Positions 12,622 through 26,800 of a DNA stretch of 64,000 bases are shown here, piece by piece. The notes beneath the pieces were generated by a model, which was not told the origin of the DNA, ran no database searches, and worked only from the letters and a program-made list of their open reading frames with translations. The stretch's first letter is position 1. Each line of letters opens with the position of its first letter. The stretch comes from Azolla caroliniana. Lineage: Eukaryota; Plantae; Polypodiophyta. Both the position numbers and the translations under genes were made by a program. Where the stretch lies: NCBI GenBank assembly GCA_043228905.1, contig JBHGNT010000015.1:3596001-3660000 (forward strand). The letters run 5' to 3'.

Positions 12622-15600
12622 TTCTGGTACCCAGAGCTCACATCCCGATGCTGATGGAGCTACTGAAGCAGAAGGTGGATATGGGCGTCCTCGAACTGCC
12701 GAGTGCCCCAAATACTCGAATCGGTGGTTCACGGTGCCAAAGAAGAACGACATGTTGCGTTTCATACAAGACCTGCAACCGGTCAACAAGGTGACCATCC
12801 GTAACGCAGGGATCGGGCCGACCATAGACGAGTTCGCGGAGCCCTTCGCCGGAAGGTCGATCTATTCGGTCTGTGACTTGTACTCGGGGTATGACCAATT
12901 CCAACTAGCCATAGAGACCAGAGACATCACGACAATGCAGACTCCTCTCGGGTTGGTGCGGATGTGTACCCTACCGCAAGGAGGAACGAATTCGATGGCG
13001 CACATGGTGAACGCAATGAACAAGGTGCTGAGGGACTGCATCCTGGACATCACTATGCCGTTCCTAGACGATGTACCGATAAAGGGGTGTCTGGTGGAGG
13101 ATGCAGACGAAACAGTCGGGCCGGACAGATGCCGGAGGTTTGTCGTGAACCACATCAACGACTGCGATAAGGTGCTGCAGAGGCTTGAGAGCGCGCGACT
13201 CACCTTCTCGGGAGAGAAATTAGCATTCGGGCAGGCGGAGATCCTGGTAGTCGGACAGCTGTGTGGGCCCTATGGCCGGAAATCGTCCCTGGCAAAGGTA
13301 GAAGTCATCTGCGTGATGAAGGACGATTGCGGGTCGATTACGGAGGTCCACAAATTCCTAGGTGCGTGCGCATTCTACCACATCTGGATTCCGCACTACG
13401 CACACCTCGCGGAACCGCTCTACGGGCAATTGAAGAAAGGGCGTAGGTTCGAGTGGAGGACGGAGCACACGGAGTCGGTCCGGAGACTGAAGGAGGCACT
13501 TGCTGCGGCACCGACTCTCTAAAAAGCGGTTTACGGCAAGGAAGTCCCCATCTACGTGACGGTGGACACGAGCCTGACCGGGATCAGGGTGGTGATCAGT
13601 CAGGAGGACAAGGACGGCGCACGGTTCCCGATCTGGTTTGGGGCGAAGGTATTGAGCGAGCGGCAACGAGGATACGCCCAAGTTAAGCGCGAGCTATGGG
13701 GTATCGCTTCGGCAGTCAAGGCCGGCAAAGACTATCTGATCAGGACGGAAGTGATCATCGAGACGGACTGCCTACCGATTTTGGGTATGGTCTCCGGATG
13801 CGCGACTTCGGACCTGGCGATGCTCAAGTGGATCGCGTACATCAAGTCCCTGAACCCAGAGATACAACACATCTCCGGGAAAGATAATGCCATGGCCGAT
13901 ATGCTTTCAAGAGCGTGGTTCAGCGACGAGGACGACATGGTTTCAGATAACGAGGAAGTCGGCAAAGACTTCTTCGGGTCAGCCAACGTAACAACAAGAA
14001 AGGGGAGCACTCCGGCACTAAACAAGTTCGACGAGAGCGAGTACGACGGAGAGTGGCTCCGAATCGGGAGGTCCCTACAGACGATGACGCTAGACGTGGC
14101 ATGGATGAGAGAAGAGCCCAACCAGGTGCGGAAGAGGGCGTACCGGTTCTTCCTACGGGAAGGGCGCATATGGAAGCACCCGAAGAAGAGAAGCGGCACC
14201 CCACTCCGCGTAGTGGCGAGGGAGGACGAGCAGAAAGCGCTGCTGACGGCATACCATGAGAGTCCCTGGGCCGGACATCGCAGGATGTGGGCCACATTCG
14301 AAAAGCTGAAGGGGAAGTGATGGTGGCCAAGACTATACCGGGACGTGCATCGGTTCGTAACGACTTGCGAAAGCTATCAGATGCACTCCATAGTCCGACA
14401 TCGAGACGAGCTTCACCCGACCTACCCTCCAACTGTCCACTTCAAGTGGATGGTGGATTTGGTGACAACGCTGATGGGGATAGGGCAGATGCGATATCTG
14501 GTGCTGGCTCGGGAGGACCTGATGAACCAGGTGGAAGGCCGAGCGTTGCAGAACAAAACAACTGCGGCCGTGTGCCGGTTCCTAATCGAAGATGTGGTAT
14601 GTCGGTACGGGTGCGTCGGTAAGATCGTGGCCGATCGCGGGGAATTGGACACACAAGAGGCGGAAGAGCTGTTTGACCGGCTAGGGGTTAAACTCTCGCT
14701 CACCACGGCGTACAATCCGGAGGCTAACGGGAAGGTGGAATGCGGGCATGGGCCGATCGTCAAAGCGTTAGTACGGGCGTGTGGAGGCCAAGTCGGGAAC
14801 TGGCCGCGGCTCTTACCCTATGCGTTGTGGGCAGACCGGACTACGCATAGTTCGGTAACGGGGTTCATGTCGGCAGAACTAATGTACGGACAGAACCCGA
14901 TCATGCCGGTGGAACGGACGATTTCCTCGTGGGCCGCGATGGGCTAGAAGGACGAAATGAGTCGGGAAGAGTTGTTGGCGGCGCAGATCCGACAACTTGA
15001 GCGGAGGCCGGAAGACGTGGAACGGGCGAAGGAGAAGCTGCGCACGGCAAGGCAACGAAACAAAGCCCGGTTCGACCAGACACACCGGCTACGACCGAAG
15101 AAGATCGAGGAAGGCGACTAGGTGCTTGTTTACGACAACAACCTCGACAACCAGCACAAGGCGACCTGCAAATTTGCGAGAAGATGGTTCGGGCCCTACA
15201 CAGTAACGAGCACAACGACAACGGCATGTACCATCTTGCGGAGCTCAAGGGGACACGATTGGCGGTGCCCGTAGTCGGGAAGCGGATCAAAGCGTTCAAG
15301 AAGCGGTACGAAGACGAGCCGGAACGGGGGAGCGATAACGACGACGATCGGTTCAGGGACGCCGATAGTTCGGAGAGCGCCGAGTGAACGCGGGCCGGTT
15401 TTCTCCGGTGTCTGTCCCTCTCTAGCGCATACCGGTGGATGCGCGGTTTGGTGGGGGTGGATATCGTGAAAAAAACCGGCCAGAAGCGGAATCGGCGAAG
15501 CAAGGTGCATGAACCGGGCCTACACTTTTCCACACCAATTGATACCTTGTAAATAACTAGGAGTAGAATGGTGGGAGCAAAGAGACTAGATGTGACACAT

Positions 15601-16519
15601 TGAATATCTTGGAAATCAAAGAGTATCTCTGCCCGAAAGGACAGAATAAATTGAGGAAAACGAGGGTGCAACAACCTGCCTCGACGACCTACAAAAGGGA
15701 AGGAAGAAGGCGGATGAAGGGGCATTTTTCGGGGAGCGAGGACGAAGTGTTGTCGGACTAGGACTGAGCTCTCTCCTCCAACGTTCATCATTCTCTACAG
15801 GATTCTTGGACTGAGTTGTTACGGGCATGACCATATAATATCCCGTGGTAAGAATTTACCGTAGTATTCTATATATGTGGATAAGTGTGAGGGTTAAACG
15901 AGAGTGTAAAGAAGGGGAGGATTACTTTTAATCCTCGGGATTGAGACAACCCATTAGGTCAAGTGTGAACTTGCCTGGGGGCCTTGGGTATCGCTATAAA
16001 TAAGAGGCCTAGCTACCCTCAGTTGATCATCTTTTGACTACATCGAGACTCTGCTCGTGTGGTGGGTCAACTCTTGTAGCGAGAGCGCCAACACCAGGTA
16101 CGACTCGACGCCACGGCGGTGGTATGGGACGTCGATCGAGGCTCGGGTCCGTCTCGATCCCTTCGCTCGGGGGTGGTCGGGTGGATCGGCACCCTTCTTT
16201 CTCTTTCTCCTTTCTATCTTTCATTTCTTTATCCTTATCTTAAGCTTACTTTAGTACCTAGATCTATAATATTTGGTATCAGATTTTTGTACTAATGTTT
16301 CTATGTTTTTCATTTGTCTTTTGATTGATGCTGATCGATCGTTGTGCGGTTGGCCTTGATCCAGACAACGATCAACAAAGAACTTCGGTAACTCTTTCCA
16401 TAATTTTTCTTTCTATTCTCTCTTCTCCCATCTAATCATGTGTTTAGTTTATATGTAATTTTTTTCATTAAGTCAATGATGTTGTAGTGGTCTTTAATTG
16501 ATTATCTAAAACGTTTACA

Positions 16520-16790
16520 TATGTGCACGAGGTCAATACCTCGTTTGACATATTAATAATATGTGATGAGTGTCGTATGCGTACGAGGTTAATACCTCAA
16601 TTACGTATTACGTTCACGAACATATGTTACGTTTGCGTATGAGTTTAATACCTTGATTTGTTGTAAACGATATGTGTTTGGTCTCGTATGCGTAAGAGGT
16701 CAATACCTCCATTGCGTATTACAATGATCTCTTATTTGTGGATGTTTCGTGTGCGTAGAGGTATATACCTCGATTACGTATCTCGATCAC
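16520..16790 (+). repeat. Degenerate tandem repeats (about 5 units of ~55-60 bp) in the chromovirus B 5' UTR
   Basis: Recurring gtatgcgta..gaggtYaatacctc..ttacgtat. The core GAGGT-N4-ACCTC is a small inverted repeat. Confidence 0.65.
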
Positions 16791-17930
16791 ATCATTTGTG
16801 GCTATTTAATATAACGATATGTTTAATATAGGCATATGTGGGCACATATATACGTATTTGATCGTATATATGTGATAAGTAAACATATGTGTATATTCGT
16901 TATTACGTGATTATATCGAAAGTTGTCATGGTCGGGAAAAGGATGTTGGTGGCCGTCCTCACATTTTTGTGAGAATGGTGTTGTCACCATCCCTTTTTCA
17001 ACATTTTTTTTATTGTTGATAACCCCGTTGACGACCTCGATTTCGTTACGTAAAGAAACGCCAATAGCCAAAATGATGTTGAGTACGTAGGGCTTGACCC
17101 ACTTCAAGTGAGGTCGCTCCAATGACGCACGTATCCAACATCCCTCCCTCGTTACATGGATACGATGCCACCATGAGCTCGTTCTTACGAGAGGCATTCG
17201 TAATGACGTGACCATGTGATGGCCCACGTGAGCCTACTACGAAACAAGGGCTCATTTGGCTTGACCATTAGGTTGCACTTTGGCGTATGCCATCCTAATT
17301 ACGAGACTTGAGGTTAGGTAACGTACCAACATAGTTTTGGTAAATGAGGACGAAATAAGGACCTTTGACATATATGTTCTTTTAAAAAAACATATATGAT
17401 CAATGCCTCGCATATCTCTTATACGCATCAAACATTAAGCATTCGAGAAGAGCAACTTACTTGGTTGGCGCAAGTGTTTAATGTATTTGTTCTCGAGGTC
17501 TCGAGTTCAAATATGACCAAGACCATACAACATCCTTGATACATATGACTATAACACATGTTTAGACTTAAGGTCTAAGTGCACCTCGGGGTCCTCGTAA
17601 TAGGACTTAAAGAGCCGAAACCACTTATGTGGGCACTGAAACATAGTTTATTGTTAACATTTTTTCGTGTATAAACTATTCATGACGCGAACATGAAAAA
17701 ATCGATATAGAGATCAGGGAAAGACATTTATTTGTCACCCCCATGGTTTTTAAAACACCTTTGTGTTACCATAGTAACCTGATCTTGAACCTCATCTCAT
17801 ACGTCTAGAGGGGTATTGACGTGAGATAATGATATCGATTAATGCTCGCCCATGATATGTTTACATCACGACATGATGTTATGACTATATCTCTGACCTT
17901 ATCCTATTTCTTTTCCAGAAATAATCTTTA

Positions 17931-20900
17931 ATGGCTCAAATTAACGACCCGATGTCATCCGCTCAAGCGGAAGGAACTCAAGGGAATCCTCCTGGACAAA
18001 TGTCCACTGAGATGTATTTGGCACAAATAACCCAATACCTTAGTTTCACCGCTCAACAGATGACCGAACTTCGGCAATCTCAGAGTGCTCTTGAGGCACG
18101 TGTCATTAGTCTACAACGTGAGACTAATAGACCTGATGAGCGACAAGGTGAACCATCATTTGTCGTTAAGCCATTTACGGGAGACAAAAAGGAAAGAACC
18201 GAAGAAGCAATCTGCACATGGCTGGGACGATGGGAGTCTCATTTTGAGCTCTATCCCACGCCAGATAGTACGAAGATTGCATATGTCGGCCGAGAACTCG
18301 GGGGTAAGGCCGCCGCCTAGTGGCGTGGGCTCCGTACTATGGGAAAATTGCCCGATACCTGGACAAATTTTGTCACGGTCTTTAAGGGCCAATTTCTGCA
18401 ACCTCCCTCTCGAACCGAGGCAGCACAAGCTTTAATGAACCTCTCTAGCAGGAAATTTTCCTCGCTAGAAGACTATGTTCACCATGCTAGAACCCAAATC
18501 CAAAAATCGGGTCTAGAAGGGGACAATTGGTTGATAGCTTGTTTTGTCAATGGCATCCCCAATTCGGACTATCACTGGATAGTGCATGATAAGGATCCAA
18601 AATCCTTCGAAGAGGCCGTTGAAATAGTTCTTCGCTATCAACGCACTTCGAAGAAGGACCATAACAAACCCAACGAAGCGCCCGGGACTAAGCAGTCGCA
18701 ATTTGTTGGGAAACGCAAGACACCCAACGAATTCCTGGATCGCGATTGTAAGCGACAACATCCTTTTTGTGTATTCTGCAAAAAGAAGGGTCATACAAAA
18801 GATCAATGTCGAAAGCTCCAACGGAAAGAGCACGACAACAAAGCTAAAGCTGCAGACCATAAAGGTCAGATTCCTAATGTCCTTCAGGTCTATACACATC
18901 ATTTAAGTAATTGTCAATGTTCTTTCCCTCACTATGTATTGGGTCCCAATGATTTACTACGTACAAACGGGTATATCAATGGATCTCCCGTACAATTTTT
19001 ATTTGATTCGGGAAGCTCACACAATTTTGTGAATGATCGTTTGGTTCAGATATGGGGAATCCAACCCATCGTAAGTGATCACACCTACACAGTGCACTTG
19101 GCTGATGGAAGAGTACAATACATCAACGGGGCGATTCATTCATTAGGAATTTCTATTGATACTTATATAGAGGAAGTAGACTTCCATGTAATGAATCTTT
19201 GTACCACCGATGTAATACTGGGTTATCCCTGGTTTTATAATAAAAACTCTTCTTTATTTATTGATTGGGTTCGTCATTCCATTTCTTTTGTACTGAACGA
19301 TTGTATGCATTTTATTCAATGTGTAAAAAAACAATCCCTCTCGATTGTTTCCTCGTGTCCATCAATATCCGAGTTGTCTTGTTCTACGTTATTTTATTGT
19401 GTACTTGATCCGGACATTCACGTTTACAATATCGATAATGTCCCGATTCAATTAACATATTTTGAACAACAACAACTTGATGAAATCTTAAATGATTTTC
19501 ATGATGTTTTTCCAAGTGAACTACCTGATGGCTTACCTCCTAAACGTAATATAGACCATCGTATAGATATTGTACCTGGTGAGGACGATGTTCCTAAAAC
19601 GGCATTTCGTACGCGCTATGGCCATTACGAGTTTTTGGTTATGCCTTTTGGTTTGACCAATGCTCCGGCTACTTTTCAACAAGAAATGAAAGACATTTTC
19701 CGAGAACAACTTGGAAAATTTGTCGTTATTTTCTTGGATGATATTTTAGTTTATAGCCATACATTACAAGAACATGCTAGACATGTCCGCTTTGTTTTAC
19801 AAACATTGCGTGACAAACAGTTTTATGCGAAGATCTCAAAATGTGAGTTCTTCAAGAAATCAATTACTTATCTAGGACATCTCATAACCGAACGAGGAGT
19901 TGAAATTGATCCTTCTCGCATTGAGAAAATCAAGCTTTGGCCCACTCTTCGGAATATTCGAGAAGTTGGATCATTCCTTGGTTTTGTGGGGTTTTTGCGA
20001 AAATCTCTTCGTAATTACTCCCAATTGACGACGCCGTTTACTGATCTTTTAAAAGGTCAAACGCGTAAGTCTACAAAACCTATTGTGTGGAATGCTACAC
20101 TAGACCTTGCCTTTAAGGCACTCAAGGACCTGGTTTGCAAGGCTCCTTCACTTCTTTTACCCGATCCTTCAAAACCTTTTGAGGTTGAAACCGATGCAAG
20201 CGATTATGCTATAGGTGTTGTCTTGTATCAAGATGGTAAACCAATAGCATTCGAGAGTAAGAAACTTGATTCTGCTCAATGTCGGTATACCGTTCAAGAA
20301 AAGGAATTATTTGCAGTTATACATGCGCTCAAAACATGGCGCCATTATCTTTATGGAAATCACTTTGTGGTAACTACGGACCACGAATCCTTGAAATATT
20401 TTTGTGACCAACAAGACCTGAAAGGTCGTAAGGCACGATGGGCTGATCTCATCCAGGACTTTGATTTTTCCATACGATATCGTAAAGGTTCCATGAACAC
20501 TGTCGCTGATGCACTAAGTCGCATCCGTGAAGTTAACAGGCTTAGCTTCACTGAAATATCATCAGATCTTTATGATCACCTTCGAGGAAAGTATCCTGAT
20601 GACAGTTATTTCACAAAATACTGGGCAAGAGTTGAGTCTGGAACAGACACCACCACATCCTCGAAGGAATACTTCCACATTGCTAACGGTTTGCTCTACC
20701 ATAATGGGAAGGTTTGTGTTCCAGATTTACCCGAGGTCAAAAAGAGGATTCTTTTTGAATGCCATGATGCACCCTCAGCAGGGCACCCTGGAATACATCG
20801 TACACTCGTTCTCATCTCCACTCAATTTTATTGGCCTAAGATGCGTCCTGACATACATAGCTATGTGACTAAATGTCACCAGTGTCAGGTTAACAAAGCC

Positions 20901-22052
20901 GAGCGACTTAAAGTTGCAGGACTTTTACATCCCTTGGACATTCCCAATAATAAGTGGGAAAGTATATCCATGGATTTTATTGTTAGCCTTCCTCGCACCC
21001 AAAAAGGTCATGATGCCATCTGGGTTGTCGTTGATCGACTAACTAAAATGGCCAGATTTATTGCTACTAAAACCACGGTAACAGCTCTTGAATTGGCTTA
21101 CCAATTCGTTGACGAATTGTTTCGTTTTTATGGGTTACCGATGGATATCGTGAGTGATCGAGATCCAAAGTTTACTAGTGACTTCTGGACACAAGTCTTT
21201 AAGAAGTTAGAAACTACGTTGAGCATGAGCTCCACGAATCATCCTCAATCCGATGAACAAACAGAACGAGTAAATCAAATTATTGAGGACATGCTTCGAG
21301 CATACGTTGGTGCAAAACCAACAAAATGGGAACGTTATCTCCCAATTTTGGAGTTTGCTTATAACAGCTCCAAGCATACGTCGACGGGATATAGTCCTTT
21401 TATGTTGATGTATGGTTTTCAGCCACGAGCCCCGATTGATGTTACTATACATCATGATGAGTTGCGAAGTACGCAAAACTTTCTTCGGGATATGCAAGAT
21501 ATGTTGCATATTGCACGAGATAATATAAAAACAGCTCAAGATAGAGCGCGTTTTTATGCCGATCATCATAGGCAACCTCGTGTATTCAACCCTGGACAGA
21601 AGGTATTTTTACGTGTACCTCACAATTCTAAGACATTGTCTACGGGTAAGTGCGCTAAGTTAGCCCCACGGTTTTGTGGACCTTTTACAGTCCTCAAACG
21701 AATTGGGTCATCAGCCTATCGTCTCGCTCTTCCCGATGGTGTCGGAATTCATCCAGTCTTTCATGTGAGTCGTCTAAAAGAACTTCTAGGTTCTGGCGAC
21801 AATACAGTTACGACTGAAACTCTGGTTACTTCTGAAGAATTATCTTCTAAACCACATGTACCAGAAAGAATTCTCGATGTTAAAACAAAAAAATTACGTA
21901 CTAAAGAAATCCGAGAATTTAAAATAAAATGGATGGATAAATCAATAAAAGATGCCACATGGGAACGCGAAAATACTCTTAGAACTAACTTCCCTAACTT
22001 TCCATTGCAAGAGTGCAATGTTTTAAAGAGGGGGAGTATGTTACGGGCATGA
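17931..22052 (+). pseudogene. Chromovirus B gag-pol with chromodomain; in-frame stop at ~18318 and an internal RT deletion
   Basis: CX2CX4HX4C, LFDSGSS, VIFLDDILVY, ETDASDY, HDAPSAGH, SDRD, and a C-terminal chromodomain PERILDVK...IKWMD...ATWE. Confidence 0.92.
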
Positions 22053-22759
22053 CCATATAATATCCCGTGGTAAGAATTTACCGTAGTATTCTATACACGT
22101 GGATAAGTGTGAGGGTTAAACGAGAGTGTAAAGAAGGGGAGGATTACTTTTAATCTTCGGGATTGAGACAACCCATTGGGTCAAGTGTGAACTTGCCTGG
22201 GGGCCTTGGGTATCGCTATAAATAAGAGGCCTAGCTACCCTCATTTGATCATCTTTTGACTACATCGAGACTTTGCTCGTGTGGTCGGTCAACTCTTGTA
22301 GCGAGCGCGCCAGCACCAGGTACGACTCGACGCCACGGCGGTGGTATGGGACGCCGATCGAGGCTCGAGTCCGTCTCGATCCCTTCGCTCGGGGGTGGTC
22401 GGGTGGATCGGCACCCTTCTTTCTCTTTCTCCTTTCTATCTTTCATTTCTTTATCCTTATCTTAAGCTTACTTTAGTACCTAGATCTATAATATGAGTGG
22501 TCTCTGCTTCGTGGACAACTCGTGTGCTTCTGGTAGAGGTTCCACAGTGGTTGCGTGCGTGTGTTCGCCTGAGTTGGGTTTGTTGCCGGCTTGCCGGTTG
22601 TAATCGTTATTGATTTTGTAATTAAGACTTGTTTTCTCCCTCTTTCTCCCTCTATGCTTCTGCAAGCTAGTCTCTCTCTCTCTTCTTTCTCACACTCCTT
22701 GGTTCAAGGCCCCCGCGGTCCCGCCTCTTTCCACAGGCGAAGAGCATAACAACTCGACA

Positions 22760-22956
22760 ACGTATGGGTCATACTCTTCAATTGAGAATTCAAGGCATCT
22801 TGTCGTATTGACTGGATTGTCGGAGATTATATACTCCTCAATGGAGAAATTAGAATCTTGAGACCAATGGTATTCTTCTCCTGAAAACCCCAGAGAAGGT
22901 GAGGAATCCGATGAGAGTTGATATTCCTCAACAGAAAAGGGTGAATTATTTCCCAT
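22760..22956 (-). pseudogene. N-terminus of the outer transposase, separated from its body by gypsy A
   Basis: MGNNSPFSVEEY... with FSIEEY repeats like the inner copy N-terminus. Removing gypsy A and one 4-bp TSD restores the frame (YDPY-ADSGENVGD). Confidence 0.8.
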
Positions 22957-23861
22957 TGTTTGAGGTTCTAATATCCTTTATATTTCACTCCCTAAGCATA
23001 CATATTGTAAGACATACTTAAACTACAAATAGAATTCTAAGGAAGTATATATGTATTTTGTATATTTTATTATATAATTTTTTCTATATTTCGATTAGTT
23101 ATAAATAAAAATTGATCACGTGTACACGTCACATAATGGCATAATACCACTATCCTCACCCAATTAGTGAATGTTCTCAAAAGCAAAATCATTACACTAC
23201 CATAAATGTAGATAAGTATACTCAATCATAGGACTAACCTTGCACATGTATTAAATCATAATAAGTACTAGCTCATAATAGGTACTGAATCATAATACAC
23301 ATAAGTATGAAATCATAACTACTAGATCATAATGATCATATTACACATAAAGTATAAAGGTAATCATTATTTTATGATAATAATAAATACGAATTCTAAG
23401 ATAAATAACTAAAGGCACTATTGGCATTTAATTCTAACCGTGGTTACTTTTTTAACTATGGTCCCTTCCCCTCCCATAAATAGAACCGACCTCTCTTTTT
23501 CATTCCCCACAATTGAGCGTAACCATTGCCCAGAGCGCCAAAGCACAGACGCGAGAACTCCCAAGATACCTCACGCATCCCCGAACCGACACCATCATCA
23601 TGTCGAGCAAAAAGATTGCCCATTCTGACAGCAGGTAGGATCTAAACCCTAAACTGTACGGACATATGACCATCTACATGCTTTTTATTTCGTATTAGAA
23701 CTCGTTACACCATATCTAGTGCCTCCTAAGGCTAGAATTAGATACGTTGTAGCGAGGTAAGACTCCCAACTCGATACGACGCATTGAGTTGTGGACATAA
23801 CTCAATACGACATATCGAGATGTGGCTCCTAGGGCTACAACTCGATACGCCGTAACGAGTT

Positions 23862-26800
23862 TGTTATTCCTTAGGGATGGACAATGGCCTAACACAGGGT
23901 GTTTACAGAAGACACTTCACCAAAGGGGTGTTACAGCGAGATAACTTAAGACACAACGATTAATCAGACTTAATTAGTTACTTAGCACTATGGCATTAGA
24001 CTTGATACACGCGTATGATAGAACAATTAGTACAGAACGGTAATCAATACTTAAAGATAAACAAGAAGCTCTATTAATTATCCATCAAAGTTTTACATTG
24101 TAACCGTGCCTTTATATAGGTCACCGGTGCTGAGTACAAAACGGTGCCAACTGGCACCTGTTCGGAACCGGTCTGGATCCGGATCGGCATACCGATTCCG
24201 GTCCATCCGTTCACATCTTATAAACCACTTAATTATAATTTATTCCGAATAAGCATTCCCTTTCACATTCTAGTGTTTAACTCTTTTGTCGGCCGGGTAA
24301 CACATGGCACGCCCGTGGGACAATACCTTGTACGTTGAATCCCACTATCCAACCCTTAGCCGTCGTCCAAGATATCCAGAATACTTTGCTCCAGGGTGTC
24401 CAATGGTTCTTCGAAACTCTGTTGTTACTGTTGTGGTTATGGCTGTTGTTGTTGTGGTTGTGGTTGCTGTTGTTCTAGTTGTGGCTACTGTTGCGTCTGA
24501 TCGGCTCCCGGTACCGGCGGTTGTGGCGGTAATTCCTCAGTCAACTATTTTGCCGGATTTGACTCCGGTTGACTCGTCTCGGCCTTGTCTCCGTCCAGTC
24601 CTTGCCCCGACGATGGCTCCTCATTGCTGAGGTTGACGGTCGCCGCCTGCTTTGCTTCTTCTTTCCGTAGCCTGGTCGTCTCATAGCTTTCAAACTGGAT
24701 TTGAGCATCCAGTTGATCATCGTCCAGCTATGCTACGAGTTGTTGGACCACTGCTGACCGTTCCTCCGCCAGAGTTACAAAATCTTCTGCTAACTCATCT
24801 CTTACGGTAGTAAAGTCCTCTATTAGCATGTAGCAGTTGTCACCATCCTTCTGTCGGTTTTCCACGTCCGCCCTTAGCAACTGGAGATCGGTTGTGTGCT
24901 TTGCCCATTTATCCCACCATTGCGCGGAGCTTTCGTCAATCAAGCGTTTGGTCTTGTTCCTCCACGCCTGGACAATGAACTGGATCCGCTCAAGTCCCAA
25001 CTTCGATTTGTCCTCCACGGCTTGTCGTTCATCCTTCAATTGCTTGATCAGCGCCATCGTGTCCGCCTCTTGCTCCCAGTAATGTGACAATTGGTTTTGG
25101 TAGGTGTTCTGCAACCTCTGCAATACCATTGTCGTTCTTTCCTTCTCTTCATAATGCTGCTTATGGAGCTCCATACGTTCTTGCGCGGCTTCCTCAAGCA
25201 TCGTGGTTCTTTCAGCCTGTTCCTCCGCTAGCGCTGTCTCAGCTCGATGCACCTCCTGCTGGACCTCTGCCATCTTCTCCTGCTGTTTCTTATGCTCCGT
25301 ATCCAAGTGCTTGTAGTCCCGGTGCAGGTGCTCAAAATCATCGGTCTTCAGCTTCAGCTTCTGGTTGAGTTGTCGGCGAGCGTGGTCTTCCCGATCCTTC
25401 TGTTGACGGAGTTCTTCTTTAAGTCTTTCAATCTCTGTTTCCGCCATCTGTCGCAACTTCTCCTTTTCTTGCAACGCTTTCTCTTTCTCCTCCTTAAGTC
25501 AGTCATATGCCTGATGTCCTTTCCGCAGATTCTTAGCAGTCTTTCTTTGCTCTTCTTATGCCGCTTTCTTCAAGTCCCGTTCTCAGGTGCGTAATGCTTC
25601 TTGTGCGGCCAGTTCATCTTTCAATTCAGCAAGCTCTTTTACTTGTGCCGCCACTATCTCCGGGACTGGTTCCGTCTCCGGGGTCTTATTGCTATGTACA
25701 TGTGCCGATGTTTCTTTATTCTGTACATCTATTAGAGTCACCGGTGCTTGGAGTTGTGGTCCGGTTAAGGCCAGTTTGGCCAATTCTTTTGTGGCCAAGT
25801 CCAAGTCTTGTTCTAGGCTCCGGATCCTTGACCGGGCCATCTCTAGTTCTCCAATTGTGATGAGCAACCGGTCCATCTGCACTTTCTCTTCCGCCTCTAT
25901 CTAGTGCACCACTCCAGCAATCTGTTCTCCAATCCACCGGAGCCATTGGCTGCTGGTACCCTGTTGTTGCGTCTGCTCAGAGAGTTGGATGTTGGTGTCG
26001 CTGGCCAGTGGTCAGTTTTGTCCGGTTGCGTCGAGCTACAACTCTGTCTCTGGTTGGCGACCACTTTGCCGTTTTGGTCCTGGTTGCGGCTCCGTTGGCC
26101 GCTCTGCCTCTGCTTGCTCTTGACCTGCTGGTGGGGTAGGCAACTGTACTTCCGGGGCTTGCATTTCGGATCTTGCCGTATCCTGATCCGCCAGTATAGT
26201 TTGTTGTGCAGGGAGCTCTGTGCCCGGTTCTGTCCGAACCGGTTCCGGTTCCACCCTTGGTGCAGGATGCTCAGTGCGGGGTAGAGGCGTTCCATCCTTC
26301 TTTGGGTCCGAACGCTCCCCGGCCTATTCGGAGGTGCTTGCCTTCTGGCGCCGCTGGAAGTGCTCTAACGGTTCCTCCTCCGCTTCCTCCTCCTGAGTCC
26401 CGATGTCTGTCCCGCTCCTCTGTCGGTGTTGGAGGCCTCTCCTCCGCGACTTCCGGTGTCAGAGGTCTCTCGTCCTCGACTTCTAGTGCCGGAGGTTCCA
26501 ACGTTGTCAATTCTGGTTCCGGTGTCGGCAAGGTATCTGACTCCTCGTCCTCCGGTCCATTTGGGGTGTCATTACTACTACGGTAGTTCGTCTGCACGCT
26601 GTATTCCCCGTCCGAACCCGATTCAAAAGCCGAAAATGCTTTAGATTCGCCTTCGCCCGCTGCCAATGCTTGGAGAAGGGATTCCGCTTCCCGGAGGCTG
26701 CTTAGGCTGCTTCCTTCGTCCGGGTAGTCATTTTGTTGTAAACGAAGTGACTCCTTGGCCACTCTCCGGATCACTTTGGAAAATGAGCGATCCGCTCTGA

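Larger units (their letters stand above)
4419..15387 (+). pseudogene. Gag-protease / RT-RNaseH-integrase of gypsy A (degenerate; split at 7223-12621)
   Basis: Degenerate zinc knuckle, protease LVDHGSEIN, RT DLYSGYDQ...LPQG...FLDD, RNase H TVDTS...TDC, integrase HES..GH..C and ADRGE..YNPEANGKVE. Several stops. Confidence 0.85.
15817..22493 (+). mobile_element. Ty3/gypsy chromovirus B inserted in the 3' LTR of gypsy A
   Basis: 455-bp LTRs at 15817-16271 and 22039-22493. TSD TGAGT. PBS TGGTATCAGA (Met-i). PPT aaagagggggag. Confidence 0.95.
3788..22759 (+). mobile_element. Ty3/gypsy LTR retrotransposon A (no chromodomain seen, tRNA-Trp primed), interrupted by copia C and chromovirus B
   Basis: 5' LTR 3788-4373 (TG...CA). 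3' LTR 15462-15816 plus 22499-22759. PBS TGGTGAACCCGACGTGA (~4378-4394) is complementary to the plant tRNA-Trp 3' end. PPT ggtgggggtgga. 4-bp TSD gcgt/acgt with 1 mismatch. Confidence 0.9.
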
